Assembly (NCBI GenBank): GCA_964016885.1
Contig: OZ024753.1
Coordinates: forward strand, 29,388,001-29,452,000
DNA: 64,000 nucleotides
Direction of reading: 5' to 3'
Origin: Eledone cirrhosa
Taxonomy: Eukaryota
Below, one piece after another: positions 1 through 13,284 of this stretch. The stretch's first letter is position 1. Every line of letters begins with the position of its first letter. The position numbers and the translations under genes were made by a program. Below the pieces are notes generated by a model. It saw only the letters and a program-made list of their open reading frames with translations, made no database searches and was not told where the DNA came from.

Positions 1-437
1 TTCATAATTATTATTTTCGATATTCGTACGAAATCAATAAAATAAAAAGCTATACACAGAAACAACTGACAAAAAAAAATCTTCTTTTTATTCAAACAGT
101 TTCTCTCTTGCATTTTATCACGTCTGCACATTAATAAAAAATAATACAGTTCTGTAAAAGCTATGCTAAGAAAATACTTCTTATATTATCAAGGGAAGAA
201 CTTTCATTACATAAGCTTTGTAACAGAATGACCGCTATGTATGGCGTGAGTAGTACTGTAGTCTTAGAAGGAGAGTGGTCTTAGTGAAGTAGTGTTCTAT
301 TTACATTACACTTCTGCTGTTAATGCTTTTTGTCAGAATGCGAACGTTACAGAATCTTATTAAACTACATTAAACATACGAGTCATCGCAGTCGAAATAA
401 CAAATAACCAAGTACCAGTAGCTGTATTATTAATAAA

Positions 438-665
438 GGCAGTGGATTGGCAGTATTGGTAGAGTGTCGGACACCTTGCTCAGCGGCATTGAGTTACGGC
501 CCTTTACGTTCAGAATACAAATCCCGCCGAGGTTAGCTTTGCTTTTCATCCTTATGGGGTCGGTAAATAAAGCACCAGTAATACACTGGGGTCGATTTAA
601 TCGACTTCTGCCACACTTTAAGTTGTTGACCTTGTACCTATAGTAGAAACTATAATATTATTATT
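438..665 (+). mobile_element. Nin-domain tRNA-headed SINE
   Basis: Head GGCAGTGGATTGGCAG..., B-box-like caaatcccgccgagg, Nin-type core ctttgcttttcatccttatggggtcggtaaataaagcaccag and an AAT-rich tail. More than 15 related copies occur in the window. Confidence 0.8.
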
Positions 666-1360
666 AATGCGGGAGATGGTAGAGTCACAGCATTATTACT
701 GCTGATGGTGATGTTGTTGGTTGTGGGGGTGTTGTTGTTGGTGAGGGTGGGGTGGGGGTTGATGGTGCTGGGGGTGTTGTTAGTGATGGTGGTGGTGTCT
801 GCATTTTCTGCTGGTGTTTTTGTGATGTGTACTTATACCTCTGTATAAGCGAGCTTACAAAAGGCAAAGAGAACAAAAAAAAATATTGAGCAAGTATTTT
901 ACATAAGCATAAAATAGTCTATTAGAATAACCAGTAGAGGGGAAGTTGTTATATAGAGAAAAAATAACCGGGCGTATTCTGAATTATATTTTAAATTATA
1001 TGTAAACATGAGAATTAAATGTACTGCTTAAATTCATCAAAATATTTTACTCGCCTCGAATTGTACGAGGGTGGGACAAATATGTTCATTTTCTGCGTGT
1101 AGTGGCGGATGTAAAGACAAAGAAAATAGTTATATTGTACCGGTGTAAGTCCGCGGTGAGGTAAACGATGGAGTTTGTTCCTAGAAGCGACCTGTCAAGT
1201 ATTTGTCTTCGCCTAGCAACGTTCGCGTGGTAAAATAAGTACATGTTTATATATAAACAGCACCACCTACCATGATATATAAAAGACTAAAAAACACCGT
1301 TTTAAGAACTGGTGGTCACCATGTACACTAAGAAGTTGATACACATATATATAGAGAGAA

Positions 1361-1459
1361 ATGGTGTCCCGAAAAATGTATGCACGCTTCAACATCATTC
1401 TAATAAATATTGTTTGTACAGGTAATCAAAGTGTGTATACATTTTTGGGAGACACCCTG
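1361..1459. mobile_element. ~100-bp Tc1/mariner-type MITE
   Basis: Terminal inverted repeats (c)agggtgtc..aaaaatgtat / atacatttttgggagacaccctg, TA at the right end. Same family at 17475, 18072, 48435 and 61229. Confidence 0.6.
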
Positions 1460-1468
1460 TACACACAT

Positions 1469-1563
<95 letters not shown>

Positions 1564-1613
1564 CAAATGAATGTGTGAATGAAAGAGTTACAAACTTATG
1601 GTTTAAATTTCAT

Positions 1614-1794
1614 ATAAATCGAAGGGAAACATTTTTCAGCGGGGGTTTGTGCCCTCGGGGAACCCCCTTTGATTAAAATGAAATATACTTATAACCTGGG
1701 CAATGTAGTTTCAGAATATATATGGTTATGGGGGTCTATCTCCAAAACCATAGGAGGAGTTCGTGAACAAACAAACAAACAGATAGGAACTACA

Positions 1795-1802
<8 letters not shown>
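1614..1802. mobile_element. possible Helentron/HINE-like non-autonomous element remnant
   Basis: Internal palindrome (gggggtt...aaccccct) and a subterminal (CAAA)n run ending in actttatata, reminiscent of DINE-1/HINE ends. Single copy here. Confidence 0.25.
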
Positions 1803-1843
<41 letters not shown>

Positions 1844-1850
<7 letters not shown>

Positions 1851-1971
1851 AGAAGGTGTGGTAAGATACCAGGTGGCCCGACGGCTGAGCTCCGGTCGTT
1901 TCGACAGCTAGATCAGAACTCTAACTGTCGAAACGGCCGGAGCTCATCCGTCGGGGTCCTGGCTCTTTTCT

Positions 1972-1972
<1 letters not shown>
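1844..1972. mobile_element. fold-back PLE terminus (family A) with HHR 3' half
   Basis: Hairpin ccgacggctgagctccggtcgtttcgacagctaga..tctaactgtcgaaacggccggagctcatccgtcgggg between microsatellites. Homologous to 46670, 57378, 57915 and 60383. Confidence 0.65.
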
Positions 1973-2007
<35 letters not shown>

Positions 2008-2017
2008 TGTGTGTGTG

Positions 2018-2054
<37 letters not shown>

Positions 2055-2058
<4 letters not shown>

Positions 2059-2240
2059 GATTGGCAGTATCGGTAGAGGGTCGGACGCCATGCTTTCCAG
2101 CATAGTTACGTCCCTTTACGATCTGAGTTCAAATCTCGCCGAGGTTGACTTTGCCTTTCATCCTTACGGGGTCGATAAAATAAAGTACCAGTAATGAACT
2201 GGGTAATTGCTGGCCTTGTGCCTAAAGTAGAAACAGTTAT
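2055..2240 (+). mobile_element. Nin-domain SINE
   Basis: gtggattggcagtatcggtagag...gagttcaaatctcgccgaggttgactttgcctttcatccttacggggtcgataaaataaagtaccag. Confidence 0.85.
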
Positions 2241-3339
2241 TTCTTTATCTAGCCATCTACTTAGTTATTTTTGTTCTTTACTAGACATTCGAAAATGCTG
2301 AAATCGATAATACTTTGAATAACACGTAATTTTACGCACGCTGCATCCGGATTTATCATTAAAATGTTCTTATTTACCCATACTCCATGTTGAAACACTC
2401 ACATGTATTCACACAGACACACTCTTAGACCCATATAGACGAACGTATTTGTACACACACACACACACACTCTGTTAGATCCATCTAGACGAACGTAACA
2501 TATATACACAAGTACATATAAGTACTCACACATAAAGAAAATCTTTGTCTGAAGAAATCTTTGAAACGTTAAAAACTGCTTGTTTTTTTTTTATTATAGT
2601 ATTTGACATATCTGACTATTGAAATCGCTATTGAAATGTATGATGCCACGAAATACGAACAGATTTATTTGCCGTTAGTTTAGTTAGTAACCATGCTTGC
2701 AAAGTTTTTATTCATATTATTTTTATTATTATCGTTGACAAATGTTAGTGATTTAATCGAAGTGGAAACTCAACACATCAACAAGTATTAATACTTCCTA
2801 CATAAATAAATCCAAAGCAATGCCATTGCTTTTAGTATTGAGTATTCTATCTTTCTGGGTTTATAAAGACAATGTCAGCTTGTGAACTTGCTGTCATTGT
2901 ATATTACTATTCCGATCCTCACAAGTCGTTCTCCACAGAAACTCTCCAATGGAAATGTCAACGAATTAATCTACTTATGTCAAAATTTCCAGATTACGAT
3001 ACTTCATCGTTAGAAGTTGAAGATACTAAATTTATGACTGCATATATTACGTTTGCTTTCACTTATTATATACGATATGGGTTGTTATATCTATAACCTA
3101 TAGTTTACTTTGTATTCGGTTCGTATAGCATAGATACATCATGAAGTTTCGCAGCCCCATACCTATATATTGTATACCTTATAAAGATAATATATTCCCC
3201 GCCTCTAATACTCGATGACTACATTTGGAGTTCACTGGAGCAAGCACAGGCCAGCAATATACTTACTCAGTCTGCTAGAAATAGCAGTCTTTGGAGAAGG
3301 AAAGACTGCAAATACATTATGCCTGTATGATCGTGTCTA

Positions 3340-3540
3340 AGTCTAAAGTCTATCTTAAGCCAGAAGGCTAGTTAGGCCGATACTTATCCCAGTTTCATGG
3401 CATGAAGCGACTGAGAGTACAAGACTCCCCCTGGACAAGACGCCACTCCACATCCAGCTATTGCTGTGAAATGAAATGTTTTGCTCAAGAACACAACACG
3501 ACATTATGATCATAAGTCCAACACCCTTACCACTAGGCTA
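3340..3540 (-). mobile_element. decayed CORE-type SINE
   Basis: ttttgctcaagaacacaaca (reverse complement of CORE-like tgtgttcttgagcaa) and a tRNA-like head (rc of cccttaccactaggcta). Confidence 0.5.
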
Positions 3541-4250
3541 GAGTATATTTATCATAGATCCATAATATCAGGGCTGGTCTGGTGCTGTACAACAACGTCA
3601 ACAACAACCGTAATAACTGGTTAATACATACAGAGCCAGAATGACTATTTAATTCATACAGACATCATGTAGTAATTTGATCGATATGTATTATATGAAG
3701 TTCTGAAATAAGTTTCATATCATTCCATAATACAACATCAATATAAAATAAGTACCAAATATATAATGGCCTATAGCAGTTCGGCTTGCCCTCGACGTAG
3801 TGACACAAAGGATATTCAACTAGAGAGCCTGTCTATCAAATCACCTTCGATATTGATATTTAGAATGATATGTTGCAGCAAAAATGTTTTATAGCTTTTG
3901 AAAGAAATGACTATGTATTATGAGCCTCCCGAGAGAACATAAATGACTTTAATTGAAACTTTAATCATCAGCATTTAACCATTATTGATTGAAAGATTTT
4001 ATTTCATTAGATTCGTCGATGGTTGATTATAGAGAACGCTATAAAGATAGAGTAAAATGTGAAAGAAAATTTGCTGGGGAAGCAACCAAGAATAAAAGTG
4101 ATAAGGAGATATAGAGTAAGGCTCTGTACTTGTGAAGTTAGCTTCGCTTCACTATCACGTAGTTCCAGAGTTGATCCTGTTGTGTAAGTGTTTTACATCA
4201 TAGCTACGAGTTACTCTACCGATAATGCCACTCCACCACCCTATAAAAAA

Positions 4251-4591
4251 AAGTAAAGACCTCCTTCTGTCATGAATGACCATGGGATTTGCATCTAGAA
4301 AGTTTCCCTCCGAGGCTCAAGTCCAGACAAGGTTGTTTGTGGAAGACCACTTGTCGCCCATGCATATCAGTCTCCCCTCTCCACGCCACTGATGTTATCC
4401 AAGGGAAAGGTAATGGCTGATACAGCTTGGCACCAGTGTCATCGCGACTCAGTTCTACAGCTGAGTGAACTGGCGCAACGGGATATAAAGTTTCTTGCTC
4501 AAGGATATAACGCATCAACCGGTCCGAAAATCGAACTCAAACCTACCGATTGCAAGCCCAATACTCTAACCACTAAGTCATACACCTTCAC
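4251..4591 (-). mobile_element. CORE-SINE with tRNA head (octopod OR-type)
   Basis: The reverse complement reads gtgaaggtgtatgacttagtggttagagt..gagttcgatt (A/B boxes), then ccttgagcaagaaacttt and ccagttcactcagctgtag (CORE domain). Confidence 0.75.
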
Positions 4592-5419
4592 ATTAGTTTA
4601 TATAATAATGAGTCCATTTAATCAAGGATCAAATTTTCCGAAATTTTCGATCTAGTGTTAAATTTAGAAATTAATATTTGAGATGATTTGTGAAAAGAAT
4701 CCTAATTGTGAAGCTTCGTAACTGCCGCTTTTATTTTACACTTGGAGCAATGTACTTAATTAACTAACTATATATAATTTGAGAATCCCTTCATGCTGCC
4801 AATCACTAATGGAAGACGTAAAAACAAATCTACTTTCAGCAGGATTCCACCGAGGAACTGACTAAAGCTAAATAACCTAACAAAGAAAAATTATATTGAA
4901 ATAAAACAAAGAAAAGTAAAACAAAATAATAAATTCATTTACAAATGAACCAAGAATTAATGTAACGAAATTTATTTAGTTCAAGAGCAACTTGATCAAG
5001 CGCACATATTGCCAGTGTACATCATGTAATTCTGTATATAAAAGGACTAGATTGCACTCTAGCATGACCTTCAGCTTTTATGACTGTAACGTGTGATTCG
5101 AGGAAGATTCGGTAAATATTTCTAGTACGTGAAACAATCACGTAGAGGTTTTCTTGTCGCTAAATTGATTAAATTTTTGTTTTTCAAAATGACAGGCCTG
5201 ATAGAGATGATTTGTGAACAATGGTGGTTCGTTGACGACCAACTTATCTTTTTATGCGTATATAATACCACAATATCGAATATGTACTTCATTTATTAAA
5301 ATAGTAGGATGCGATTTCAAGGGAAATGGGGTTGCTATTTCTAGCAAATCTCATAGTAGGTCTCTCGTTTGATAGGACGAATATCGAAAGTTGGTTTTTT
5401 AATCATGTGGTTAGAATGT

Positions 5420-5650
5420 CTCAGGAAAGAATTGCGGGATAGACTTTACGGGCAAAGCCAATCGACAAGAGACCCAGGAGTAGACCTTGAGCAAGATGGT
5501 TGGATAACATCCATGAGCTTGGCTGGTCACGCTTGGGGATCCAACCGGCTCATTTGGAGACGGTTGCTTCTGACAGGACCTGCTGGCAGGCGTGTTTGAG
5601 GACTCTGCCCCCACGTCCCTCTCGGGAATAATTGAGCGAAGAAGAAGAAG
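5420..5650 (+). mobile_element. RTE-clade LINE 3' end
   Basis: Translates KRPRSRP*ARWLDNIHELGWSRLGIQPAHLETVASDRTCWQACLRTLPPRPSRE*, the RTE/Expander C-terminal motif GKRPRGRP..RW, followed by a (GAA)n tail. Confidence 0.75.
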
Positions 5651-6207
5651 TTGATCTTTGATTGAACAGGGGTATATTCAACCACGTTTGAACTGTTACG
5701 ATATCATCTTTATACAATGTCTAAGATTTTGGTGATTCAATGAAGATTTGGTTGTTATTTCTAGCAGGGAGAGCATTCTCGGTGTTATATTTCTAGAACT
5801 GAGTATGAAAGTGTGGTTTAAGTAAGATAAATAAAGAAGAAATACAAGAGACAATAAACAAATCACAATAAGAGAGGAGAAACGAAAATTCTGAACGAAA
5901 GAAAGAAACAAATGACATTGTTTCCAATATAATAGATGAAATATTTCTATATAATTCCTGCTAGACATTTAAATAGCTATCATACTATGAAATGATGATG
6001 ATGATGATTATCAAGATGCTGATTATCAACACTCCACCATCAACATCACCATTACCATTAAAAACAACAATAATAGCAACAACCATCACAACAACAACAA
6101 AAACAATCTCACTCTCTACCACCAACACCACCAACATCATTACATTCAACAACAACAACAATATCTACCACCAACAATATCACTAACATCATCATCATCA
6201 TTACTTT

Positions 6208-7535
6208 TAACAATAACAGCAAAACCAATCTCTACCACCAACACTACCACCATCATCACCATCATTACATTCAACAATAACAGCAAAACCAATCTCTACC
6301 ACCAACACTACCACCATCATCACCATCATTACATTCAACAATAACAGCAAAACCAATCTCTACCACCAACACTACCACCATCATCACCATCATTACATTC
6401 AACAATAACAGCAAAACCAATCTCTACCACCAACACTACCACCATCATCACCATCATTACATTCAACAATAACAGCAAAACCAATCTCTACCACCAACAC
6501 TACCACCATCATCACCATCATTACATTCAACAATAACAGCAAAACCAATCTCTACCACCAACACTACCACCATCATCACCATCATTACATTCAACAATAA
6601 CAGCAAAACCAATCTCAACCACCAACACTATCACTAACATCACCATCATTACATTCAACAATAACAGCAAAACCAATCTCTACCACCAACACTACCACCA
6701 TCATCACCATCATTACATTCAACAATAACAGCAAAACCAATCTCTACCACCAACACTACCACCATCATCACCATCATTACATTCAACAATAACAGCAAAA
6801 CCAATCTCTACCACCAACACTACCACCATCATCACCATCATTACATTCAACAATAACAGCAAAACCAATCTCTACCACCAACACTACCACCATCATCACC
6901 ATCATTACATTCAACAATAACAGCAAAACCAATCTCTACCACCAACACTACCACCATCATCACCATCATTACATTCAACAATAACAGCAAAACCAATCTC
7001 AACCACCAACACTACCACCATCATCACCATCATTACATTCAACAATAACAGCAAAACCAATCTCTACCACCAACACTACCACCATCATCACCATCATTAC
7101 ATTCAACAATAACAGCAAAACCAATCTCTACCACCAACACTACCACCATCATCACCATCATTACATTCAACAATAACAGCAAAACCAATCTCTACCACCA
7201 ACACTACCACCATCATCACCATCATTACATTCAACAATAACAGCAAAACCAATCTCAACCACCAACACTATCACTAACATCACCATCATTACATTCAACA
7301 ATAACAGCAAAACCAATCTCTACCACCAACACTACCACCATCATCACCATCATTACATTCAACAATAACAGCAAAACCAATCTCTACCACCAACACTACC
7401 ACCATCATCACCATCATTACATTCAACAATAACAGCAAAACCAATCTCTACCACCAACACTACCACCATCATCACCATCATTACATTCAACAATAACAGC
7501 AAAACCAATCTCTACCACCAACACTATCACTAACA
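6208..7535. repeat. 64-bp minisatellite, ~21 copies
   Basis: Unit caataacagcaaaaccaatctctaccaccaacactaccaccatcatcaccatcattacattcaa; period 64 checked at 6211, 6275 and 6531. Confidence 0.95.
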
Positions 7536-7971
7536 TCATCGTCATCACTACTTTCAACATTATCTTCATTTTAATCCCTCCTCTCATCACCATAACCATC
7601 ATCATCATAATCATCACCATCATCACTACTATTATCAGTATTGTATTTGTTGTCATTGGCTGATAAGTTCATTAAACGATAGAAACGAAATATTCGCTTT
7701 CTGAAGGCGAATCAAAAAGAAGACAATCTAGATAAATCTAATTAAAACAAGAGAATAATTAAGAAATATGTCTATAGAAATTTACTGTTTGTGTATACTA
7801 TGGAATATTTTAGTTAACATATTAATACTGCAATAGTTTCCCTGATGTTGTTATTACCGATATCATAGGGATAATGATGGCGGTGATTATGGTGGTCACT
7901 AACAGTTTACTAATAATCATTAGAATGACACTGCGTGACCAACTTGAACAAACAAACGTCTGAATTAAATA

Positions 7972-8603
7972 ATTGTTTCTACTTTTGGCAGCAGGCCAGC
8001 AATTACCCAGTACATTACTGGTACTTTATTTTATCGACCCCGTAAGGATGAAAGGCAAAGTTAACCTCGGCAGGATTTGAACTCAGACCGTAAAGGGACG
8101 TAACTATGCTGGAAAGCATGGCGTCCGACTCTCTACCGATAAATAATGGTTTCAGATTTAAGCACAAGGCCAACAATTTTGGGGGAGGGGAAAGTCGATT
8201 AAATCGACTTTAGTGTATTACTGGTACTTTCTTTTGTCGACCCCATAAGGATGAAAGGCAAAGCTAACATCAGCAGGATTTGAACTTGGATCGTAAAGGG
8301 CTATAACTCTATGCCATAAAGCATGTTGGCTGATGCCCTACCGATACTGCCAATCCCCTGTCCTCAATAATAATAATAATAATGATGATTTTTAGTATAG
8401 GCACAAGGCCAGCAATTTTGGTGAGAGGGGAAAAGTCGATTTCGACCTCAGTGCATTACAGGTGCTTTATTTTATCGACCCCGTAAGGATGAAAGGCAAA
8501 GCTAACCCCGGAAGCATTTGAACTCGGATCGTATAGGGCCGTAACTCTATGCCATAAAGCATGTTATGCGATTCTCCACCAATACTGCCAATCCACCGCC
8601 CTT
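7972..8603 (-). mobile_element. three head-to-tail Nin-domain SINEs
   Basis: Three successive copies of ggcacaaggccagcaa..actggtactttattttatcgaccccgtaaggatgaaaggcaaag..gatttgaactc (about 7972-8140, 8145-8365, 8390-8603), joined by AAT runs. Confidence 0.85.
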
Positions 8604-8966
8604 ACTAAACCATTTAATATTGAGAGCAGTTTGAGAAAGGTAGAAATAGCAGACTATTTCTAACAAGCCGAACCACCATGTAGATGCTTCCTCATTGGTT
8701 CCTCCTATAGTTTATGATGCTTATTTCACCCGTGGCAGAATTCTGCAGCAATATAAGTTATTAAGAAATGGCGCCAATAAAAATTCATTGAATGTATTGA
8801 GGTATTTCGAGATATATATTGGTGCCACTTATTTAATATGTAATTATACTGCTACAGGCTACAATATACGATCACGTGATATAAGAATCATCTTTATTTG
8901 AGACTAGACATAGTAGCTTGCCCTCTGAAAAATAGCAGCTAAATTTTCATAAAAAATTCTGATAAT

Positions 8967-9170
8967 CTTCTTTTCTCCTTCTTCACCCACTTATTTCTGG
9001 GAGGGTCGCGGAGGCAGAGTCCAGTCCTCAAACACTGGGTCCTGTCAGCATCCGTCTCCAACTGATCCAGCTGGATCCGAAAAACGTGACCAGGCAAGCT
9101 CATGGATCTTATCCAACCATCTTGCTCGGGGTCTACCCCTGGGTCTCCTACATGTTGGTTTTAATCTGTT
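8967..9170 (-). mobile_element. RTE-clade LINE 3' end
   Basis: Reverse-complement homolog of 5420-5650 (caagctcatggatcttatccaaccatcttgctcggggtctacccctgggtctc) with a (TTC)n tail. Confidence 0.7.
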
Positions 9171-9524
9171 GAAGTTTATTTATTGTTTTACTTTTCCCGA
9201 CTTCACAGAGCTCGGTAAGTTTCTTTCAGCTCTTTCATCTGTATGGTTTGTGCACCATCAAAGTAGCTTTTACTTGGTAATAATTCATAACTAAATACTG
9301 CAAATGTAATCAGTGCTGGACCTATTTTCTTTCGCTCCACAGCCACAAAAACGATTTTAGCTTTGATACGAGGACAAAAACTTTCGAAGCGCGGTGTAAT
9401 TAGTATAATTGACCGCAGTTCTTGAGAGGTACTCGTTCCAACGAGGGATTCTCTGTATGTGATAGCTCAACCTGCTAGAAACAGCAACCAGTTCGCCCTT
9501 AAAACTCCCGTTATACTTAATTAA

Positions 9525-9722
9525 TGGCAGCAATTTTGGAGGAGGGGAAAGTCGATTAAATCGACCCCAGTGCGTGACTGGTACTTTATTTTATCGACCC
9601 CATACGGATGAAAGGCAAAGTTAACCTCGGCGGGAATTGAACTCAGATCATAAAGGGCCGTAACACTATGCTGCAAAGCATGGTGTCTGACCCTCTACCG
9701 ATACTGCCAACCCACCACCCTC
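9525..9722 (-). mobile_element. Nin-domain SINE
   Basis: gtcgattaaatcgaccccagtg..actggtactttattttatcgacccc..gatgaaaggcaaagttaacctcggcggg. Confidence 0.85.
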
Positions 9723-10065
9723 ATGATATCCTTAATTAATAAACTGAATTTAAATACTTATTAATGTCACCCGAAAAAAGTTATCAATGTTACCTTAATC
9801 AATACAAGTAATAAAATAAAAGGAGAGTTCAAGAGAGCGGGAGAAATAGAAATAACGCAAGCATGTGGACGATCGAAAATGACGTGTTTACTTCCTAATC
9901 AACTGTCTATCTCTACTTTCCCCCACTCACACTCTAATTGGACGTTCAGGCATTCTACATCTCCTTTTAAAATCACTCCCTGTTTCATGAGTTTAGGATA
10001 TTGAATTCTTTTGACGATGACACAGATATGTATGACGAAAGAACTTTGAGAAAATATATTTATAC

Positions 10066-10520
10066 TTATATTTTTAACTGTTGGTCAACCAATGATAAAC
10101 TTTGATTGCCAGCTAAATTATTTATAGAAATTTTAAAATATACTGAAGCGAAAACTAAACCAAGCAGTGAGTGTGTTTTACTATATTTTTCTAACAATAT
10201 TAGAACATGACCCTCCCCAAATATAACAATATCCATTTCAACACACGATTTCATATCAAAACCATTACAAAACAAATACATCACCGATATTAAATTCGGA
10301 AAACGTTTATTCATGGATATTTCTGCAATAGATCGCGATGTCTATACCAAATTTTGTGAAGATTATTTGAGAAATGAAGACATTGTTTGAAGAAAAACCG
10401 ACAAGTTTTGTTTTTATTATAGAGATAATGAAAACAGCCATTAAGTTCGGTAGAATGGCAATATTATATTGAATGTTATAAAACTGAGGAGTTATCAATT
10501 CAATAAAACTGCAGAATAAT
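10066..10520 (-). pseudogene. highly decayed hAT (Charlie/GTF2IRD2-like) transposase C-terminus
   Basis: Minus-strand peptides NKRFPNL..F, EKYSKTHSLLGLVFASVY and SLVDQQL resemble the hAT dimerisation motifs RF.DF, FGSTY.CE and RLTDEHL. By-eye similarity only. Confidence 0.35.
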
Positions 10521-10979
10521 GATTGAATTAAATATATTAATTACTTCGATTTTAACAATTACTAAACACAAATTGAAAATTAATAATTACAGAATCTTTG
10601 ATAAAATAAGAGAACGCCTAGTGATCTTTAGTAGAGCAATACAGATACTCAATAAAGACATTAAACCTCTGAATAATTGTATCATACGGATACTACTTCT
10701 ATGACATAATTACACGACAGAATCAAATCTAATCTAATAGATGACCCCCATCTTGTTACGTCATACTTTGTGAATATATAACTAGCGCTAATCTTAATCT
10801 AATATAAATAAACATATATGTGTTTGTGCAGAGACATTGTTTTACGCTCGTTTCAGAGGGTCGATGTATCGACTAACATGGAAGTGGTTAAGCTACTACC
10901 TATAAATACATTGCATTAATATTTACCGATTCAGGAATATCGATAGCTACTTCAAAATAATTCATAATTACATGTATAC

Positions 10980-11018
<39 letters not shown>

Positions 11019-11269
11019 AAGAGGAATTACATTATAAAAAGGAAGAGAATATAACATTTTGTTAGAGGATATGAAGGAAGGATATGAAATATCATTGAAG
11101 GTTTAAGAGGAAGGTATCCCAGCATGAAATACAGAGTAAATTATAATTAAAGTGAGAATATATATATATACATACACACAATCACAAACATACACACACA
11201 TACACACACATACACACACATATGCACACACATACACCCTTTCTCTCCATGCATCTATCTATCCCTATC

Positions 11270-12733
11270 TTCTCCCTAATATCTATCTTCACCCTGATAT
11301 CTTCTCCCTAATATCTATCTTCTCCCTAATATATATCTTCTCCGATATCTCCCTCCTTAATATCTATCTTATCCCTAATATCTCCCTAATATCTATCTTC
11401 TCCCTAATATCTATCTTCTCCCTAATATCTTCCTAATATCTATCTTCTCCCTGATATCTCCCTAATATCTATCTTCTCCCTGATATCTCCCTAATATCTA
11501 TCTTCTCCCTGATATCTCCCTAATACCTATCTTATCCCTAATATCTCCCTAATATCTATCTTCTCCCTGATATCTCCCTAATATCTATCTTCTCCCTAAT
11601 ATCTCCCTAATATCTATCTTCTCCCTGATATCTCCCTAATATCTATCTTCTCCCTGATATCTCCCTAATATCTATCTTCTCCCTGATATCTCCCTAATAT
11701 CTATCTTCTCCTTGATATCTCCCTAATATCTATCTTCTCCCTGATATCTCCCTAATACCTATCTTCTCCCTGATATCTCCCTAATACCTATCTTATCCCT
11801 AATATCTCCCTAATATCTATCTTCTCCCTGATATCTCCCTAATATCTATCTTCTCTCTAATATCTCCCTAATACCTATCTTATCCCTAATATCTCCCTAA
11901 TATCTATCTTCTCCCTGATATCTCCCTAATATCTATCTTCTCCCTGATATCTCCCTAATATCTATCTTATCCCTAATATCTCCCTAATATCTATCTTCTC
12001 CCTGATATCTCCCTAATATCTATCTTCTCCCTGATATCTCCCTAATATCTATCTTCTCCCTGATATCTCCCTAATACCTATCTTATCCCTAATATCTCCC
12101 TAATATCTATCTTCTCCCTGATATCTCCCTAATATCTATCTTCTCCCTGATATCTCCCTAATACCTATCTTATCCCTAATATCTTCCTAATATCTATCTT
12201 CTCCCTGATATCTCCCTAATATCTATCTTCTCCCTGATATCTCCCTAATATCTATCTTCTCCCTGATATCTCCCTAATACCTATCTTATCCCTAATATCT
12301 CCCTAATATCTATCTTCTCCCTGATATCTCCCTAATATCTATCTTCTCCCTGATATCTCCCTAATATCTATCTTCTCCTTGATATCTCCCTAATATCTAT
12401 CTTCTCCCTGATATCTCCCTAATACCTATCTTATCCCTAATATCTCCCTAATATCTATCTTCTCCCTGATATCTCCCTAATATCTATCTTCTCCCTAATA
12501 TCTCCCTAATACCTATCTTATCCCTAATATCTCCCTAATATCTATCTTCTCCCTGATATCTCCCTAATATCTATCTTCTCCCTGATATCTCCCTAATATC
12601 TATCTTCTCCCTGATATCTCCCTAATATATATCTTCTCCCTGATATCTCCCTAATATCTATCTTCTCCCTGATATCTCCCTAATATCTATCTTCTCCCTG
12701 ATATCTCCCTAATATCTATCTTCTCCCTGATAT
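11270..12733. repeat. 29-bp minisatellite (18+11-bp subunits), ~45-50 copies
   Basis: Unit cctaatatctatcttctccctgatatctc; period 29 checked at 11461 and 11490. Confidence 0.95.
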
Positions 12734-12824
12734 CAAACGACACTTTGTCCTTTCAAGACAACCTAAGTTTCAAATGTTTATGTTTTACTCACAAGAAAAG
12801 GATCGCAATTAGAAATGGAAGGGG

Positions 12825-13091
12825 AGTGTATACTTGGCCCTAGGGCCTCTTCCCTGCTCACCACCGTCGGTACAGGATTGGCTGCTCGTAGGTGTGAGCC
12901 TCGAGAGCAAGAATGGCTCTTCCAGTACTTCTCCCTCACCATACACCGGGAAACGCCTTCTCTATTCTGTCCGCCGGGGGCGGCCAACGCATCGGCCCCC
13001 ATTTGCTCACAACAGTGAGATGGGGAGAGCGAGAGAGACGGAAGCAGTGACAGTAGGAGTTCGGCACCTCTGTGTTCGGACCTGGTGTATG

Positions 13092-13095
<4 letters not shown>
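12825..13095 (+). mobile_element. CRE-clade (REL endonuclease) non-LTR retrotransposon 3' fragment
   Basis: LGPRASSLLTTVGTGLAARRCEPREQEWLFQYFSLTIHR, then frameshifted GNAFSILSA, matches the CRE C-terminal pattern GP.A..L...G..L.....PR...FL.QR.S.A.QRGNA. Ends in (TGTA)n. Confidence 0.65.
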
Positions 13096-13154
<59 letters not shown>

Positions 13155-13275
13155 AAGAGGTATTTAATTTGTTGGAAGTCCAACAAATATAAATGTTTAT
13201 AACTGATTTAGAGCACTCAACAATTTACTGGAGTAAATATTCAATGATATTAAATAAATGGAAATTCACTGGATA
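13155..13275 (-). mobile_element. PLE-type pLTR tail fragment (family shared with 50750-50860)
   Basis: The reverse complement tttccatttatttaatat..ttgttgagtgctctaaatcagttataaa aligns by eye with 50753-50820. Confidence 0.55.
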
Positions 13276-13284
13276 GTGAATGAC

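Noticed and set aside
4520-4591. tRNA gene
   Set aside because: A/B-box-like head of a SINE with no complete cloverleaf. The same applies to the other SINE heads.
6208-7535. CRISPR-like array
   Set aside because: Contiguous near-identical 64-bp units without spacers.
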